A stretch of DNA of 63,548 nt, the filler included, from an uncultured bacterium (GTDB taxonomy: Bacteria; DYJV01), in NCBI GenBank assembly GCA_964543655.1. It is 4 parts of 4 records of this genome, joined end to end, with 100 filler letters (N's around TTAATTAATTAA, not from the genome) between each part and the next. Parts side by side here need not be neighbours in the genome. Positions count along the whole stretch, not along the records: positions 44,803 to 61,742 come from CAZIZE010000068.1; positions 61,843 to 63,548 come from CAZIZE010000091.1; 2 more parts are not named here. The stretch is one strand, 5' to 3'. Of the stretch, positions 61,201 to 63,548 are shown piece by piece (the stretch's first letter is position 1; the number at the start of each line of letters is the position of its first letter). The translations under genes were made by a program, and so were the position numbers. The notes beneath the pieces are model-generated. The model saw nothing but the letters and a program-made list of their open reading frames with translations. It was not told the origin of the DNA and did no database searches.

Positions 61201-61263
61201 CGACCAAGCTCATTTACTGCCAATAAGCTCCAGCGAAATATCAGTCAAGTGAAGACATTATGT
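61195..61263 (-). mobile_element. Degenerate integron attC-like site
   Basis: Minus strand ACATAAT-GT-CTTCACTTGACTG...CAGTAAATGAGC-TTGGTC-GTTATAC; imperfect hairpin with R/L box layout. Confidence 0.55.
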
Positions 61264-61531
61264 AAAATTTTTTGATTAAAGATAGGGCAAATTAGAGATG
61301 ACAAAGAGAAATGTATAACATATAATATTAATGTCATTTAAAATATTTTTAATTAGTTGTTACTACAGTGATTATCTTGAATTTAAGTTTGCATTTAACA
61401 TTCCAACTCTTCTAATGGTTCGTGAAACGTAAAACATAATATATGAAACTCTTATAAATTTAAATATTTTCTCTAATATGTTATAATATGCAAAACTTTT
61501 GCTTCTTTAATTAAACCTCCAAGCACTAAAA

Positions 61532-61741
61532 TCAACCATTATTTTTAAACCAATAAAAGTATGCACTTCCACCAAAAAACATAAAAGGAAATAGAAATAA
61601 CAACCAGTTATCTGTAAAATCTAAATCAGCTTCAAGGGAATCCTTTAATACTGCCAATTCAGGATGATTTGGTGGATAAATCACTGTAACAGTATCTCCA
61701 TTTTTATAAATTTTAAAAGAATCAAATGAAATCTCTTTTTT
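61532..61741 (-). CDS. C-terminal fragment of a DUF3592-like membrane protein, cut by the contig end
   Basis: Manual translation ...YKNGDTVTVIYPPNHPELAVL...WLLFLFPFMFFGGSAYFYWFKNNG*. Confidence 0.55.
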   Translation of the reverse strand, partial: KKEISFDSFKIYKNGDTVTVIYPPNHPELAVLKDSLEADLDFTDNWLLFLFPFMFFGGSAYFYWFKNNG

Positions 61742-61742
61742 A

Positions 61743-61842
61743 NNNNNNNNNNNNNNNNNNNNNNNNNNNNNNNNNNNNNNNNNNNNTTAATTAATTAANN
61801 NNNNNNNNNNNNNNNNNNNNNNNNNNNNNNNNNNNNNNNNNN
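61743..61842. other. Artificial contig linker
   Basis: N44-TTAATTAATTAA-N44. Confidence 0.97.
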
Positions 61843-63187
61843 CACCCGAACGAATATAAGCATCAACACCGTCAATCAAACAAAGTGTTCCATGCCCAAC
61901 TAATAACATTCTTCTAAGTTCTGGAATATTTGCATTAGGAATTGAATCTTTCCAATCTTTACTATGGTAAAAGCGAGCTTTCATACTATACATAAATCTT
62001 ATTAATAACTCAGTTATAACTACCGGTATAGACATTGCCATGCCATGTCTAAAGTCGTAACCACTTTCAAAAACTTTTGTAGTAATAGTTGCAAATGTTT
62101 GCTTATGTTGTCCAAACTCTCCAAAATTCATCATTTGAAGTAAATTATAAAATGGTATTGGAACTCCCGTTCCTCTTCCACCTTGACCCACCGTTCCAGA
62201 TGAACCTGTCCAATCAGACATAATATGCCCAAACCAGTTTGCAAATCCACAAAATGTTTTAGATATAAAATCATTACCTTGTAATTCAAATGTTTCAGTG
62301 TCAATAGTAATTATATTTCCATTACTTATAAAAGTTGATGTGCTAGTAAATTGATTTAATATTGAAAAAAATAATCCAATTAAATCCGGAGAATGACCCA
62401 AACTTTTAAGGTGATGATTTGACATCGTTAAATTTTTTACTGCTCCATCTGTTGCATGTGTTGTTGCTTGGTCATAATTGACTCTAAATTTATTTTCCAA
62501 AAATCCTATTGCACTTGCTGTAGTGTTTTTTTCTTTTTCAATTGCTTTATTTTTATCCCAACCTACAAATTCTGCAAATTTTTCTGTTATTTTATTAGCT
62601 TGTTTATCTGCAATATTACCAAGTTTACTATCTCCAGGTGCTCCAACAAATAAAATATCAATTAATCCACCAATAACACCACAAGTTCCAGCTATCATAT
62701 AATCATATTTATCACAATTAGCATTTTTAAGTGTAAATTCTTCTTTAATTCTTTTTTGTAGTTCTACTTGTTGTGATTTTGTCATTATATGTTTAAATGG
62801 GTCTTCTGTTAAATTAATGTTATGTTTAATTGCATAATTATCAACAGAATTTATATAGTCCTCCCAATTTATACTATCATCAATATTAATTTTATCAATT
62901 TGTGAAACAAAAGATACATTTAAATCTTCTGTTTCAATTTGTAGTTCTTGCTCTATTGATTGTAAATTAGATTTAACTATTTCATCATCTACCTTTGTAT
63001 TATTTGCAGATAATAAAGTTTCCATATCATTTAATAAATTATCCAATATATCATCATTATTGCTTTGTTTATCTTGAATATTGGATAAAATATTATCAAT
63101 TTCAGATAATTTATTTTCAGTATTATTTAATTGATGTTTTTGAACTCTAAGAGCATTCCCTTCATCTCTTAAATAATCTTTTTTCAT
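61843..63187 (-). CDS. Hypothetical protein (N-terminal coiled coil, Gly-rich hydrophobic helices), 3' end cut
   Basis: Long ORF running into the linker; ATGA overlap with the upstream gene. Confidence 0.85.
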
Positions 63188-63548
63188 CCCAAAATACCCT
63201 TTACTAAACTTGAAGCTTTTGAGGCAACAATATTTCCCATATCAAAATAACCTAATGCCTGAAAAACCTGTGCCATTTTATCTAGTATTTCTGTTGAAAT
63301 ATCTTGTTTTAAAGCATATACATTTTTTTTGCCATCTTCAGTTTTCATCTCTTTTTGTTCATAATTTTCTATTATAAAATTATATAAAGGTTTTTTAGTT
63401 GGTTCAGATGTTAATTCTTTTAATCTATCAACATCTAAAATTTTTGGATTTTGTAATCTATTAGCTGAATTTTGATAAATATTAGATTTGTTATCTACAC
63501 TTTTTAATGCACCTTGAAATTGTGCAACCATTTTCATAAGTTTTTGTA
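63184..63548 (-). CDS. Hypothetical protein, probably 5'-truncated by the window end
   Basis: Frame stays open to the window edge; stop overlaps the next start. Confidence 0.75.
   Translation of the reverse strand, partial: QKLMKMVAQFQGALKSVDNKSNIYQNSANRLQNPKILDVDRLKELTSEPTKKPLYNFIIENYEQKEMKTEDGKKNVYALKQDISTEILDKMAQVFQALGYFDMGNIVASKASSLVKGILG

Noticed and set aside
61270-61520. Possible small cassette ORF between the DUF3592-like fragment and the attC-like site
   Set aside because: An SD-like GGAGG is present, but no convincing start or coherent frame follows it.
679-62702. Numerous short antisense or nested ORFs in the track (e.g. 11462-12016, 33793-34194, 60044-60313)
   Set aside because: Shadow frames of well-supported genes on the other strand or in another frame.

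Overview
AT-rich bacterial sequence, most likely a draft or metagenome assembly of an anaerobic, probably thermophilic, deltaproteobacteria-like organism (inferred from gene content). It is four contigs joined by artificial 100-bp N/TTAATTAATTAA/N linkers at 25243, 44703 and 61743, so gene adjacency across these points is not real. Contig 1 (1-25242): thiolase-like/DUF35 pair, CAP-domain protein, def, cobH, a cold-shock protein, a TSUP transporter, a split carboxyltransferase and biotin carrier, a two-component pair, a CheY-less chemotaxis cluster, a lactate permease and an RND efflux system. Contig 2 (25343-44702): the leader end of a CRISPR array, three unknown genes, a hybrid kinase, two ABC permeases, a nitronate monooxygenase-family gene, a 7-gene HdrA/MvhD cluster and a PD-(D/E)XK fragment. 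Contig 3 (44803-61742): tgpA/DUF58, amtB with a sigma54-type promoter, an enoyl-CoA hydratase, the MoxR-Bat operon, argS and a nitrilase lacking its catalytic Cys. Contig 4: two uncharacterised coupled genes. Highlights not shown by the ORF track: (1) modular intergenic mosaics built from two MITE-like families, GTAG REPs and heptamer arrays; (2) a degenerate attC-like site whose G^TT crossover falls exactly at the end of a 106-bp dispersed repeat; (3) a missed 49-aa Cys4 protein; (4) a Bat-operon gene with no canonical start codon.
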